Positions 1-13,925 of a DNA stretch of 64,000 bases are shown here, piece by piece. The notes under the pieces are model-generated. The model saw nothing but the letters and a program-made list of their open reading frames with translations, was not told the origin of the DNA and did no database searches. Every line of letters begins with the position of its first letter. Positions within the stretch are counted from its first letter, which is position 1. The DNA comes from Mizuhopecten yessoensis (taxonomy: Eukaryota): positions 124,001 through 188,000 of the forward strand of contig NW_018479994.1 of assembly GCF_002113885.1 (NCBI RefSeq), written 5' to 3'. Both the position numbers and the translations under genes were made by a program.

Positions 1-2232
1 GATCATGTATATGTAATTTCGTTTTTAAAGATTGATGAATTCATCTTATTAGTTGGATAAATAGCTATTGTAATTAATATGTAATATTAGAAAATCTTTG
101 TAGTTCGATTGTTACGCACGTGCATTTATATTTACATCATGGTATGGCACTTTGTATCATAGCGTACAAATGTACTAATTTTGATTGTCAGAGTTCAAGG
201 TAAAAGGTCACACTGTGCACATTGCACTTTTTTGCTCGGAAAATAATGCGTTGCCAAGTCAAACCCTTTTAATTTTGTTTTTCACTCATAACATCTCTAT
301 ATAAAATGTTGTGGTCATAAACTTCCTACATAATGGCCCTTTATCGGGACCTTTTAACTAAACAACTGGTTTACAATATGTTGCATTAAGATGAAATCTT
401 TTCGCTAGTGGGTTGGTTTATATTGTACATTATGATGTGATTCTGACATTATGAAAATTGCAAATGACCAAGACACATGCAATGGTTTTACTTATCACTG
501 TTATTCATAAATTTACATCTACATATATTAGCATTAATAAACTTTGAATCCTGTTTGTCAAGAACTCTGCTTATTTTCTATAATATTTACAAAGGGAATT
601 AACCATTTTTGACTCTTTTCATTATTATTTCACCAGATTAAAAAAAAACTTCACGCACATCATTAAGCAGCTCCCCCTAGAATAAGCAGCATGGCGGGTG
701 GTGCAACGATCGTTGATCCGATGACGACAAGCCGATATTATTGCTGATATAACGTCTAAAAACAAAACTATATTTCCTTTTAGTTCAGGTCATCTAAATA
801 ATCGGCATAAGTACACAAATATATGATGTTATTGAGACGCATTTGCGAAAATAAATGCCCTTCCACAACATGACATATCGAGGTAAAACGCCTTTCATGC
901 CATGCACCATGTTCCCTCACTTGTTCTCGCTGTGTCGTTGTTTGTGAATACAACTGAATGACTGATTCGGCAATATGCAAAAATGCATCCTATGAATTCT
1001 ATAAAGGGATTTCACGAAAAAGGCAATAAATCGAAGTCTAGTTCTGGTGATATCAAAATTACCATATTCAAGCGAATATAATGTCTTATTAATAATAACA
1101 TATGTTGTTCCTTGTTCGGATTCTGCATTGATTTTACAATTGAAAGCTTGTCATGGACCGTCGTTTCATTTTTGGAAATGAGAAGTCATAAATGATTTTG
1201 ATCGTTTGACGACCTATAATGGGATATTTGTCCCATAAACCACCCTGGGAGTAGCTTCTTTAAACTTGTAAATCTCAGAAAACATTCTGGTTATGTCCAA
1301 TTTTCTCAAGACAATTTTCTTTTTTAAACCCCTTTCTAGACTATTATCTCGTGTGCTAGCCTGACTCGTGGATGCTGAATTTACCTGCAAAATGACTGCT
1401 TTCCTGCATCCATCTTCATATGATCCTGTATCACGACAATTGAGAGATTTTAACGAGAGGAAAATTGATAGAAAAGCACCGGGGCCTGATTGATGCCGCT
1501 TACATACGATAGAGCTACAGACTACGATAATAAGCAACAGTGATTCTAGGAAAACTCTGACAAAATTTGCATGGTATACCCCGAGAGAGATTTATAGTAC
1601 TAATGTTGAGTATGACGTCTGGCTATTGTGTGTTCTTTATCTACACACATATATATATATATATGGAAGTTGGCCGTGCCTTTAGTCGATAGCTCTAACA
1701 GTGTCTGGGTGTAGGTTCGTACTAAAGTAGTTCTGCCTCCCCGTCAGGCTCGTTCCCAGGATTTATAGCCATTTTTATCCTAGCGCTTTATTCAATTTAG
1801 GTTGAAATTTATCATTGCGTTGAAATGGTTTTTTCCTTTTTTATACTCGCGCTTTCCCTTTCGAGACTTTAATACTTGTGCTGTAAATCGTAGATTCTTC
1901 GCGAGGGGTTTATATTCAGGTCAGGTCGGAGGAATTATCCTCGATGGACAGAATTCTGGAAACAATTACAGGAAGTTTATCTTAAGGACATATTGTCAAT
2001 TAGTTTCTTCCCAATACAGTTAAAACGTATTTAATGACATTGATACATTTTTTGTTATTATAACTTGAAGCTGTTTTTTGTCAATTCTCTTAATACAAAG
2101 CATAAAATATGTATCGTTAATGTTAATTTTAGCATCAATTAAAATTCTATAGAAAAGTGCTAGAATAAAAAAAGAACAGAAATACCACAGACTGGATCCA
2201 TGATAAATACCTGTTATAAAAATATCATTTAG

Positions 2233-2338
2233 TCAAATGTCATCACATATCACGCTATAGATGCAGTTAATACGTTGAACCTAAGAGTAATTGATGTGAC
2301 ACGGTGTGAAAAGATTGTCTACACACGTCCAGGCAAAG
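2233..2338 (+). other. Candidate small coding exon (SNVITYHAIDAVNTLNLRVIDVTRCEKIVYTRPGK+G), unknown product
   Basis: Preceded by ...catttAG and followed by AAG|GTAAAA; open in the frame that is phase-compatible with 3916-3950. Acceptor is weak and no homology recognised. Confidence 0.15.
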
Positions 2339-3915
2339 GTAAAATCCTGAGATCCCGTTGTTTGAAGGTACACCCGTGTAAGTTTACACTCGGCAAAAAG
2401 GCTTACATTTTTCGAATCGAAACCATTTTCAATTAATAACATTCAGAAAAATATGATAACTGTGCCTAAACAAAAATACATGATCATCAGTGGAAACACT
2501 TACATAATGATGACATTAATATCAGAAGCTGAAATGTTTCTCAATTTTGTTTCTCTACATTAATTACTGACACTCTGCATATTATGTAATAAAATCACCA
2601 AAATGATATGAAATGACAATAATATTTGATAACTTATAATAAACTTCTTTACAAAGTGAAACAACGACATGTTCCTCCAAGGAACATGATATATATTGTC
2701 GACACAACACCTCCTATCACTTAACAAAGGTACACCGATGGACGTCCTTTACGATCTTATGGTTAAATACACAAAATTCATAAGACCACGTTTAACAACC
2801 TAACTCAACTACTGTAAATAAACATCAAATTGAGGGACAAGATATCATATTTAAATGAAGCAACGCTACTAAGTATCCCGACATGTTTTCACCCCAACCA
2901 AGTGGACAACTATCTTCACATGACGTATTGCAACCATCATCTGGGTAAATGTTCGCACATCTACCAGCTTGTATCAATGTGTTGTTTTCATAAATGCATG
3001 TTGTAGTTATGGCATTTTATATAAAACGTCAAAATACTTTCTTTTTGTTTTAAAATAATTTTCTTACACATGTACATTCGATTTGATTTACATTTTGAGT
3101 TTGATCAATATATAAGCAATTCTTTAATAGCGTTTATTCAAGGAAAAGTAGAGAGGGAAAAGGAATGAGATGTCTGGTAGAAAAGGGACACAAAGAGGAG
3201 GATATAGGGTAAAAGAGGTTATATATTATAGGGAAAGGGAAATGAACGGATATTCTGCCCGAGCAAGATAAATGTAGAAGGATTTCAAGTAAGAGTAAAG
3301 GTTTATCTAGTATACATGTCATAAGGTCACAGTTTTAATAAAAAGTAAAATGAATTAGTATTTTCCGTGTTTTTTTTTATTATTTTGTTTATGATTTATT
3401 TATTCAAAATGAAGTAACCTGACAATATGCGTCACTTTTTCGTGCTTACGGTGCTAGAACTGTTTGAAGGCATTTGCCATTGTAAATGTTTGTGTTGAAG
3501 AAACTTATGTTTACAGTTTTTAATATCTTTTATGTGTTTTCGTTACTTGTAGTGTAAACAAACTCAATCCAATTTCCATACTGTATGCAAAGAAGTTGCA
3601 ACTTTACGTTTTGGTATTGAGGGTGGATTATTATGACTGCAATTTTAAGCTCCATATTAACAGGGTCAGATTCAAATACATCGATAGTGGATGAATGGGG
3701 CATATTGTTTTTTTCTAGTATCCAAATATTACATCACGTCATAATGACAGAAACAGATTTGGTGACAGAGATGTGTCTCGTTTTATGTTTGATAAGACAT
3801 TTCCGGTTATGTAGTCTTTTTTCTTTTTGTTTTTTTGTTTTCCATCTCTCTACAATTATTTTATTTGTTTATTTATTTTTATTTTATTTTCTCTTCTTTT
3901 TTTTTTGCATTTCAG

Positions 3916-3950
3916 CTCTTGATGGCGTCATTCACAAACCGTTATACCTG
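3916..3950 (+). other. Candidate 35-nt exon ((A)LDGVIHKPLYL)
   Basis: Very long pyrimidine tract ending ...ttttttgcatttcAG and donor CTG|GTGAGG. Confidence 0.25.
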
Positions 3951-4447
3951 GTGAGGATCGAACACGAAACTGAGTGCTTATACTGAAACATTTTGTAGTG
4001 TTTTATGAGCTAACATGACTTACAGCAGCAGCTGATGTAAACATGAAATATCACGCTCTAACTAGAGGGAAAAATATATAAAGAATGACAAGTCTTTACT
4101 TCTACTGCGGTTATTGTGGTGTCAGTTTTATACGAAACTATGAATTGTCCATTGGCAACAAGCCACCATGGGCATGTATATTTCGACTGTATAATATATT
4201 GTTAATAACAAATAATTAATATGAAGGGCATGGGATGTATATGCCAAGTCCATTTCTGCCAATCCATCATCATAAATTATCTACACTTGCGGTTTTTTCC
4301 TGTTGTTAAAAAATCTCGCTCACTCGTGTTTTGAAATGAGATGGTTCTGGGGGATATTAGTATCATTACAAGGATTCGTTAATGTATATAACAATGAGTG
4401 CGAAACGTTTCAGATCAATTATATAACGTATATCGTTCTTTTTACAG

Positions 4448-4555
4448 AAACCAGAAGAAAGACGCTTTATTGTACCAACAGAAACCTTGGATGATGGAAC
4501 ATTACCGAAATATCATTTATACCATGTCACTTGGTACATTCATTTACCTTCGTGA
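4448..4555 (+). other. Candidate terminal exon (KPEERRFIVPTETLDDGTLPKYHLYHVTWYIHLPS*)
   Basis: Acceptor tcgttctttttacAG; open in phase 0 after 3916-3950 to TGA at 4553-4555. No homology recognised. Confidence 0.2.
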
Positions 4556-7500
4556 GATTCAGACATATTCCAAGACCCGGGCGAATTCATCATTCTTATT
4601 TTTATTTTTATTTATTTTTATGATTACAAATGTATTTATTTATTCAATTATTTATGTATTTAAGTACTTACCTTTATTGGTTACTTTATGTTAAATCCTC
4701 TATGAAGAATATGAGTAACATTTAAATCAGCAATATTGCCGTCCAAAACTAGAATATTTCAAATGCTTTGTTCGTTTGAAACAACGACCTTCCTTTAACG
4801 ATTTGGGTAAACATGCTATTAAATAATCTGGTGAGAGACGTTAATGATTATTAAACGTGTATCATTTATGCCGTAGATTTGGCCATGATTTATTTATTTA
4901 TGTGAGATTTTTGTACCATGATGTAATCATCAGTGACTTTGGACATGTGACGTCACATTCTGTGTCTTATTAACGCTTTTCCTATATCAAACTGTTACTG
5001 TTTGATGTTAAAACATAAAAAAAAAATCGTCTCCGTGCAAATAGGACCCGGATGTGTCTATGTGTCATCAGATAGGAGAAATTGCCTGCATGTGATCCTG
5101 GGCAAAGCGTGGTTTCATATTGGAAAAAGTGCTATTATTGCTCTCAGACATCCGCTGTTAATAACAAAGTAATAACAAATTTAAAATATTGTCGTCCGCT
5201 CTCATAACACACATTCCAGATAACACGTCGGGGAATAACTCTAAATACATCCAGATAAGTGTGAAATCACATAATTCCGACTCCTCCTGCAAAAAAATAC
5301 CGCTCAAATGAAGTGTTAGCCGGACGCTTTGTAAAACATATTTAATGAGCTTATTATCGGATTGGAGCATAACTGGTAGCCATTTCAGTATAGGGTCGGA
5401 ATGTCGTGGAATGCGGTACATCAAAGAAATATCTCTACCCTTATTTAACACGTTCACACATTAAACATTATAAAGACATCAACGCCCATCAGGATACATT
5501 ACTAACAAGAAATCCGTTTCCACAATAAAAACGTCTTTCCTCATGTATTAAATGCGATTTTTTTATTTTCTCACACTTAATCGGTATAATATTTATAACA
5601 GATGATGATGTTTCTATGATGTTGATATGCATTTTGCAAAGATATTAATTTTTCTTGCACCATGTTGCTGTATCATATGAATTAGTAGACCTGTTGTTTT
5701 ACAATCTTGAATATATTTTATTGACATTTTTCTCGTTTGAAGATGCATAAAGATGTGATCACTTTAATTTACAAATGTAAGAATTCCCTTAATTTACCCT
5801 GTGAAACTACCAGCTTTATGCAATTGTTAAAAATATTTTCTAATATATTTCAATTTTTCTTTCATAAATAATGACAGTCACCCGAACTCTACAGACATTT
5901 AGGAATATATTTGTTTCACTTTTTTATACTTTATTTTTATACTTTTGCAAACTAAAATGAATTTCTAATTGACAGTTTACAACACTGATGCAATATTTCT
6001 CATTTTTGAAATAAAAATATATCATACAGTTATAATGATGAGTTGATTTAATTATTGAACCGTTGTTTTAGACTTTTTTGGCTTTTTCTCAAAGCAGAAA
6101 TATACATTCATGAAGTTATGGAATGGGGAATATAGAGTTATTGGCTAAGGATTTTGAAAGCTAGATTATTATTAAACCCTATCAGGCAAGTGCAACCACA
6201 ACATGCTTTTTATCATTCTTATATCAGTACATCAATATAACAACATTATATTATAGAAGTAAAGCATTTGCATTAAGCTTGTAATGCAAAGCACATGTTA
6301 TGTTTCCATTTATGTTTGCATTGCTAGGTGTGTGCTCCTTTCGAGTGGGTACAATGCATTATGCTCCATATGCATAAAGGCAAACTATCACATAATTATT
6401 CATGTTAGCCAATTTCAGTTAATGTAATTTACAACCAGACTTCGTATTAAATAAATATTCTGTAAGATACTGATACTGATGAATCGATTGATAAAAACCT
6501 ATTTACGCCATTACATACAGCAAAATTGTTTTTGCATTGGTATGTAAATCAATTATACAAATTAATAAAATCAGTTTTAATATTCTAAAGATGTAAAAAC
6601 AAGAGTTACAATTGATTGCACCCATATGTTTAAACTCGCTCGCATAACGTAGCAATATTACTAATGAAAAAGTATAGAAAATTATACTTAAGTTTAAATT
6701 TCTGCTTAACATTTAGTTAACACGATTTGTTGTTTACATCAAAAGTTATTTTTATTTTAATAAATCTAATTCATTATTGCAAACGAAAAACAGAATATTG
6801 AATCCTCGGGCTAAATGAATCTCCTCCTGATAGATCTAGCAATATGTCACAAACGTGGATGGATTGACTGATACAACTTATTTCAATTAAAATATACATT
6901 TTGTAATACAATAAGTACATAGCAGTGTAACCTGTTTCCCAAGATTTTGATAATTTGTTACCAAAATGGACATATTTATTGAAATTTCTTCTCTGTTAAA
7001 ATAAAAATAGTAATATATCAATTTATAAACAAAATGCATTCTGTAGCACAAAACTGTATAAACATGTTTCTTCGAAAAATACGAGAATTTTAAAATAGGT
7101 CAACGACAGGGGCAATTTATTGAAGCAGTTTATTTCTTTCAAAAAACATAAAAAATAAAGTACCTTACTACAAGCAATTCAAACGTGTTTCCTCATGAAA
7201 TACGAGATCAAGAAATCAAGATCACCGTCATGGATATATTTATCGAAACAGCTGATTTCTATTAGGACATACACTTCATTCATAAGAGATCAATTTTGCT
7301 AACAAGATAAGGAATCATTACATTTCGGAAAGCAACAGTGTTTTCATAAATAAAATATCTTGATGAAACATACATGCAAGCCCTAATCGTTACGTTAAAT
7401 AATGCTTAACATTATTTTTTCTCAAAAGGATTTATTTATTAAGTGATAGTTATCTCAATGCAAATTACAAAATAGAAAAATAATGAATATATTTCTCAGC

Positions 7501-8772
7501 AATAGCAATTCCACTGATGCCATTCAGACATGGTTCTTCTAGCCTGAACATCGATATAACCTGACCACTCTCACACAATATCATAACAACGCCAGGATAT
7601 TCAAACTCAGATTTCCCATGCTTTATGTGCAGGCCTTCCTATTTCAAGACCGAATTCCTAACGTTTAGATGAATATTTCGTTTCATGACTACCTTGCTGT
7701 AATAATTTCATGTAAAATAACCTCACGAATACACCAACCCTACCCGAACGCATGTGTTGTCTTTTGACGAATTGGAGAAAATAATTTGTTAGAGATGGAA
7801 ATTGGCGAATGCTTCTGAGTCTGGAAACGCGCTAGACTACGTTATAGTGTGTCTGATCATCTTCCAGCCGTTGTCAAGAGAATCTGAAACGAATATTTTT
7901 TCTGTAATATTGATTTTTCTTGAACAAATAAACGTGTTCAGTTATGACTCAAATTTCTACTTTACACGAGCAAATGTACAAAGTTGATATTAATTCCATA
8001 AAAATGCATGTAGAAATTATTTTTAATCCTGATGTGAAGTTGTTAATGCTGTGAAGATGTTGGTTCAGAAGAATAGCGGCCTAATTGTAATTACTCCGTC
8101 GTGGGGCGATGGCCCTAATCGCCTTGTATTAAGATAATTATCCTCAATCTAGTATAATTTCGTGAACTTAATGTCATCATTTGAAGAAAATCAGTGGACA
8201 TAACACGATAATCTCGCGAGATCCTCTGCCGTTTTTTCCTCGGTTTTTCTCTTGATGAAGTATAGGAAATTTCGCTAATTGACTTACTCGATTATGTGGG
8301 TCCAATTTCCCTGTCTTCTCTTCCGAATATCAGAACAAAAATCATTCGATGCAAAAGAAATTGAAAATCGTGAATTGCTGTTTATATCTTTGACTTCATT
8401 AACGAAGTATGACCTCAAACAAAGAAAGATCATCCTTCGTAGTATTGATAAAATGACACTTCATTAATTTCCGATATTTACCGATTTTTACCGAAGATAC
8501 AGGAAGTCGACACCGGATAAAAAGGAAGCGTTATATTAATAAAAAGAAATTAATATGTTTTGTCTACTCTTTGATATCCAGACCGTTGATTTGGTGATTA
8601 GGTTTTGTTTTGATTGTGTCTATTCCAATGCAGTATACTATGATGTAGCGACACATAGAATGGAACATAAATCTGTCATACAGTCGATAACCAACGACTA
8701 ATCACAATTTCACACAAGACTGTTTTAAATACAAGCTGTACCAAAACAAAACGCTAAACATCATGCATTTAA

Positions 8773-8842
8773 GCATTGAACTTATTTCAGTTGGCATTCA
8801 TAGACAATATGAATGCCAACTGGACAAACACAAATTCAATGC
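8773..8842. repeat. Short palindromic (foldback) element
   Basis: Perfect 15-bp inverted repeat CAGTTGGCATTCATA (8788-8802) / TATGAATGCCAACTG (8808-8822) with a 5-nt loop, plus outer pair GCATTGAA (8773-8780) / TTCAATGC (8835-8842). Confidence 0.75.
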
Positions 8843-11800
8843 ACTTGGTACCTAAAAGGTAAGCGAATATCACACTCTTCATTTCTGAAAAAATCGTTTG
8901 AAGATGACTATTTATTGTTTTGATCATTACTCCATCAGACTCTGTATTTATCTGTCAATTTGTTCGTCATCGAATTGACTTCTTACCTGACCCTAAAAAC
9001 AAGATTTTTACCAGATATGACTTAATATGTATATCATGTCAGCTTACCAATGGTTGTAGTTTTCCATAACGATTCAAAAGAACAACCAACGAAACGTTGT
9101 ATTCAAATTTTATCATATCACTGCATGTACAAATATTATTGATTTTAATTTTCTTATTTGAGATGCTATTTTGATGTGATACAAATGGTTGATTTTCATA
9201 TATTACAAAATGCCAGTGCAATTGAAATATATATTTAGTACAAGTGTCAATGCATACTGACTTCATTTAACAATAAAATCCATATGGAAGTACCCTAACA
9301 GTTTTCAGTTTCAATAACCGTCCTTCACCACACATTTTTCCATGAGAAATCTCTATCAGAGCGAGCAAATTCCTTCTTAAGGAACAGTTATTTTTCTGTC
9401 ATTATCTTAATATATGTTTGAGGATGGCTCGTGAAACTGAAGTCGTTTTCGATCTCCAACATTTGGTCCCTAGTATCAAGAATGAGTCCTAGAAGGACGA
9501 AACAGGTGCATGTAAAAGTATTTAAATATTCTGTACAACATTATATCATATCATGGACATTTTATGTATCAAATTTTATGATACAAAGAAACTGAACTGT
9601 TAAGGCTTTTTCCACAAAATGACAAATGTACCAATCTCGTGTCATTTCTTATAACATAACAAGTGCTTAATATTGCGAAATCAGTTTACAAAACTTTGGA
9701 CTGTCCTCTTGCTTTGACAGTTGAAATGACAATCACCCACAAAGGAAATATCTGTTTTCTATAATGTTCATAAGTCTTTCGTGGCATAGACCTTTTTTAT
9801 TATTATCTTAACTACCAATACCACGGTATCGAACAATAGTAGCCATTACGCCAATAGTGAGTTAGTATTACCTTTACTAAGTTAGAAGTGTATTTACTAA
9901 AATGTTGATTGCCCATTGTGACGAACATCATTACAGAGCTTCAGTCTTCTTTAATAGTCATTAGCTATCAGTTGTTCAATTAGTTGTATTGAAAATGAAT
10001 TCAATTTGCGTCATAGTTTCTATTTTTATAAAAATTAATTAAATGTTATTTTGATATAATTCCATGATTCTAAAGATATTGATTTTTCCTCTTTATTTTT
10101 TATTTGTTTTGTTTTTTCGAGTGCATTTTCGATCTGACTTCTTTTATTTTCTTTTTCACAATGAGAAATAATTAAACATTTTTTTTCTAAAAATGATTTT
10201 TGAATAGTCAGAATGTTACCAAGCATTCTAAGTACTCAGATGCATGACAATCTATAAGAGACAAATTCTATCGAATATATTAAACGTGATAACAAACCAA
10301 CCATAAATAACATAATAAACATCGACTTATCCATGTTGCCTTTCCTTTTGGTTTGGTGTCTACTTCCTGTTGTTGTTTTTCTTTTGTTTCGGAGAATTTA
10401 CTTAAATAGATCTTAATTGAAAAAGCTATAATAGGTTTTCATAAATATGAATCAAAATGTTGTGAAAAGATTGTTGTTCAAAATTTAGTAATTATGACAA
10501 CGCATCGTCAAAATCGTATTTTGGGAAATTTTAAATCTGATCTAACTTGATCTTTATGAAGGAGACACCAAAACATGAGGATTTAAAAGGACGTCTTACG
10601 AAAAAAAACTTGAGGCAAACTAATGTACTCGGTAAGTTGTTCCATTGATGTTATTTTCTATCATGGAATGGAATGTATGGAATATAATTAAGTATAACAA
10701 TATATGCTATTGGTCAATTCATATTCGTTGCAGTTCCTTAACTCTTACATTTTGCCGAGACGCCTTTTTATAATACCATGGTGAGCATATAAAATTAGGT
10801 ACAGATATTAAAAGCCAGCGTAAATATTGAATGTTAGTGTTATCCATCCAATGTCGTTAAAAAATATTTCCCTCGATATTTTTTTTTTTTCAACCTGGAT
10901 ATGACTGACTTTCTTAATATACTGTATTCAGTTATTTTTCGTACAATTTCGGTTTTAAGTCGATGTTAGAAGTGTGTTTGAGGACATTAAAGTCATTATG
11001 AAGCGGCGTCTTTATCAGCTATCAGTCTTTCAACGGTAGACAGCTAAGGATACTAATATGTAAGTATAGTAACCGTGATGATACTGATCAATAACGAGCA
11101 AAAACGTGCAGTAAAGCATGATTCTCACATGCTAAATTAATCAATCTGTGAAATATTTTGTGCAAAGTTATTGTTTGGTGTAGATCGTTTATCTAGCATA
11201 CACATAGACATCAAATTCCCAAAAAATCACTTACGCTACAACTGTAAATCGTTAATTTTAATTTAAAGAAACAATTATCCGATAATAGGTCGATCATTGT
11301 CTGAAAGGCGATATTCATTTCCGGGTATGATATTTCAAATTCGTCCATGAGAGAAAGTCTTTTCTGGCTTGATGTCTTTGTTTTATATACAAAACACACG
11401 TCGTCCTGTGATGTGCATTTCCATTTATCCAGTCAATGAGCAGAGCTTAAAACGTTAATGCTTTAAACGACCCCGATTTCCTTCGTCGAGGGAAGATACT
11501 GTTCCAAACGTCCGCCGCACGCAGACAGCTACTTCCTCTCCTGTATCATAGTCTTTGTCGGAGAGGCGCTTAGGCAGATAATAACACTTAATTATCTGAG
11601 CAATTTACCACTGACGGAATACTGATGCTCGTTTATCAATCTTGAAGATGGGGGATCACCGCGGGGGCAAGTTGGGTCAGCAACTTGAACGACATAATAT
11701 AGAGGTGATACACTCCTAATTAATTCTAATATTTCATCTCGCGTCTATTGATAAAAGGGTATACTTATTAGGTTTATAGAGGTGATGCTCTATTGATTTT

Positions 11801-12034
11801 TTCCTATATTTCGTAGTGTGTGAATTGAAGAAATATATAATTACTTCTTTTAATTAATTTGGGCGATATTATCGCGTCTGCTGAAAAATATGTTCACAAA
11901 CATGGAGTTGATGCTCGCCCTGGTATTTGTAAGAAGCATATTAGCTTCACTAACGTTGCTTCGAATGTTTATATATGTATTATTTACTAATTTAACAAAG
12001 CTCTGCAGTATTCGTTGACTATCATTCAATGTCG

Positions 12035-12600
12035 TTGAATATCACTTTATACCAAAGAATGTATAATTTAAATACTATTGAATATCACTTTATACCATCG
12101 AATATATAAATAAATACTATTGAATATCACCATATACCATAGGATACATAATTTGATACTATTGAATATCACTTTATACCATAGAATACATAATTTGATA
12201 CTATTGAAAATCACTTTATACCAAATATTACATAATTTAATACTATTGAATATCACTTTATACCAAAAAATGTATAGTTTGATACTATTGAATATCACTT
12301 TATACCATAGAATACATAATTTGATACTATTGAATATCACTTTATACCAAATAATACATAATTTGAGACTATTGAATATCACTTTATACCATATAATACA
12401 AAATTAAATACTATTAAATATCACTTTATAACATAGAATATATAATTTAATACTTTTGAATATCACTTTATACAAGATAATTTATGATTTGATACAATTG
12501 AATATCACTTTATACAAGATGATATATAATTTAATACTATTGAATATCACTTTATACAATATAATTTATAATTTAATACTACTGAATGTCATTTTATTCC
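12035..12600. repeat. 42-bp minisatellite, about 13.5 copies
   Basis: Unit ~TTGAATATCACTTTATACCATAGAATACATAATTTGATACTA repeating every 42 bp; explains the 14-aa periodic ORFs on both strands. Confidence 0.97.
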
Positions 12601-13715
12601 GTTGAATATGACCAAATTAGACAGGTCATATGCATTTATTTTAGCTACATTTAGTCGTATCAAGGCATTTGAATATTATATTGTTTCAAAAGGACATCTC
12701 AACTTATTCTTTACTTTTATCGGGTTTTGTGTGAGAAACCATGATACAAGCTGATACATTTTTTTATTCAATAACGACATTTGAATATCATTTCTATTAT
12801 AAGCAGTAATACTTTTGTTGGGGTTTTTCTTTGTGCAAAAGTATAAGAAAATCAATGTACCATTCTTTGCTCAATAAATATCTTTCTTGCTTTATTTTAA
12901 ACGAATTGCTTCATATGGAAAAGACACATTTCAAATCAGGCAAGGAAGGGGACACCAAAAATAATGGGGAATCAACATGAACCATTACCCCAACTAATTT
13001 TACAACAAGTTGTTAAATCCATGATCAAATATATATATATATTATTAAAACCTCTTTTTAATAACTCCGGGTAGCTTCTTTCATTTTTTTAATATATATT
13101 TTATGATATAGTTCATGTATAGTATATACAAATTGCTGGAGTCTGTATTCATGGTTTAGTTTGAAATAAATAATATCGGCAGACGAATATTATTACAACG
13201 ATATAGTGTTAATGATTTTCATTACATGGTACTTGTATGATATTGAGAAATCATCGAATAATGTTTAGTTTTTCATTTTCCTTTGTATTTTAATAAAACT
13301 TGAAATGCATTTGTTTCTCCTATCTGAATAACGTAAACTTGTCCATCTTTATTTTTCGTCATAAGTTTAAGTACTTACCACATTGGTTTTCTTCGCAGAA
13401 ATTTGATGTCCCTATGGGAACGGATAATAACAAAAAATGTACCAAAACTTTCCTGTTTTACAGGTAATCTTAAACGCATTTTGTCTGACTCCGAAGCGTT
13501 AAGTTAGGCAACAGACTAAATTTTGGATTTTTTTCTGTATATCAGGAAAATTTTATTACAGTCATAGACAATCTACGAACAATAAAGTATGTCTTATGTA
13601 TATCTATGACATCTACAAGCATTTCATAAGCAAGAAATACTTATAATTTGGATACTTCTGCTACCCAAAAATAAATCCCTATCTGTTAAACAATGATCAA
13701 GTAAGGTTTTTTTTA

Positions 13716-13925
13716 ATCATTTAAACATATTTTATTGCCATAATACAACTGGATTGTTATACAACTTATATGAAGCCCTTTTCATAAAAAATACAATCAT
13801 ATATACAACAAAATTACAAGATGGCACCCTAAAATACTTTACAAATAAGGAAATAATGCACCCATACATACTCACTCAAACGCGATTGTATGTATATAAA
13901 CATTTGGAGAGGGAAAGGGGGGAGG
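13716..13925 (-). mobile_element. 3' end/UTR remnant of a CR1/L2-type LINE
   Basis: Minus strand reads AAAGGGCTTCATATAAGTT...CAATCC...CAATAAAATATGTTTAAA, homologous to the TSD-flanked insert at 45843-45955. Clade assignment is from recall; the 5' boundary is approximate. Confidence 0.5.

Noticed and set aside
1391-1685. ORF MTAFLHPSSYDPVSRQLRDFNERKIDRKAPGPD*CRLH... as a selenoprotein or LINE KAPGPDG remnant
   Set aside because: No SECIS or selenoprotein homology recognised; the flanking residues do not fit LINE ORF2; the readthrough runs into a (TA)n microsatellite.
12068-12407. Periodic ORFs on both strands, and a CRISPR-like look of the 42-bp array
   Set aside because: The ORFs are by-products of a 42-bp unit. 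The variable segments are homologous to each other and too short to be spacers, there are no cas genes, and the context is eukaryotic.
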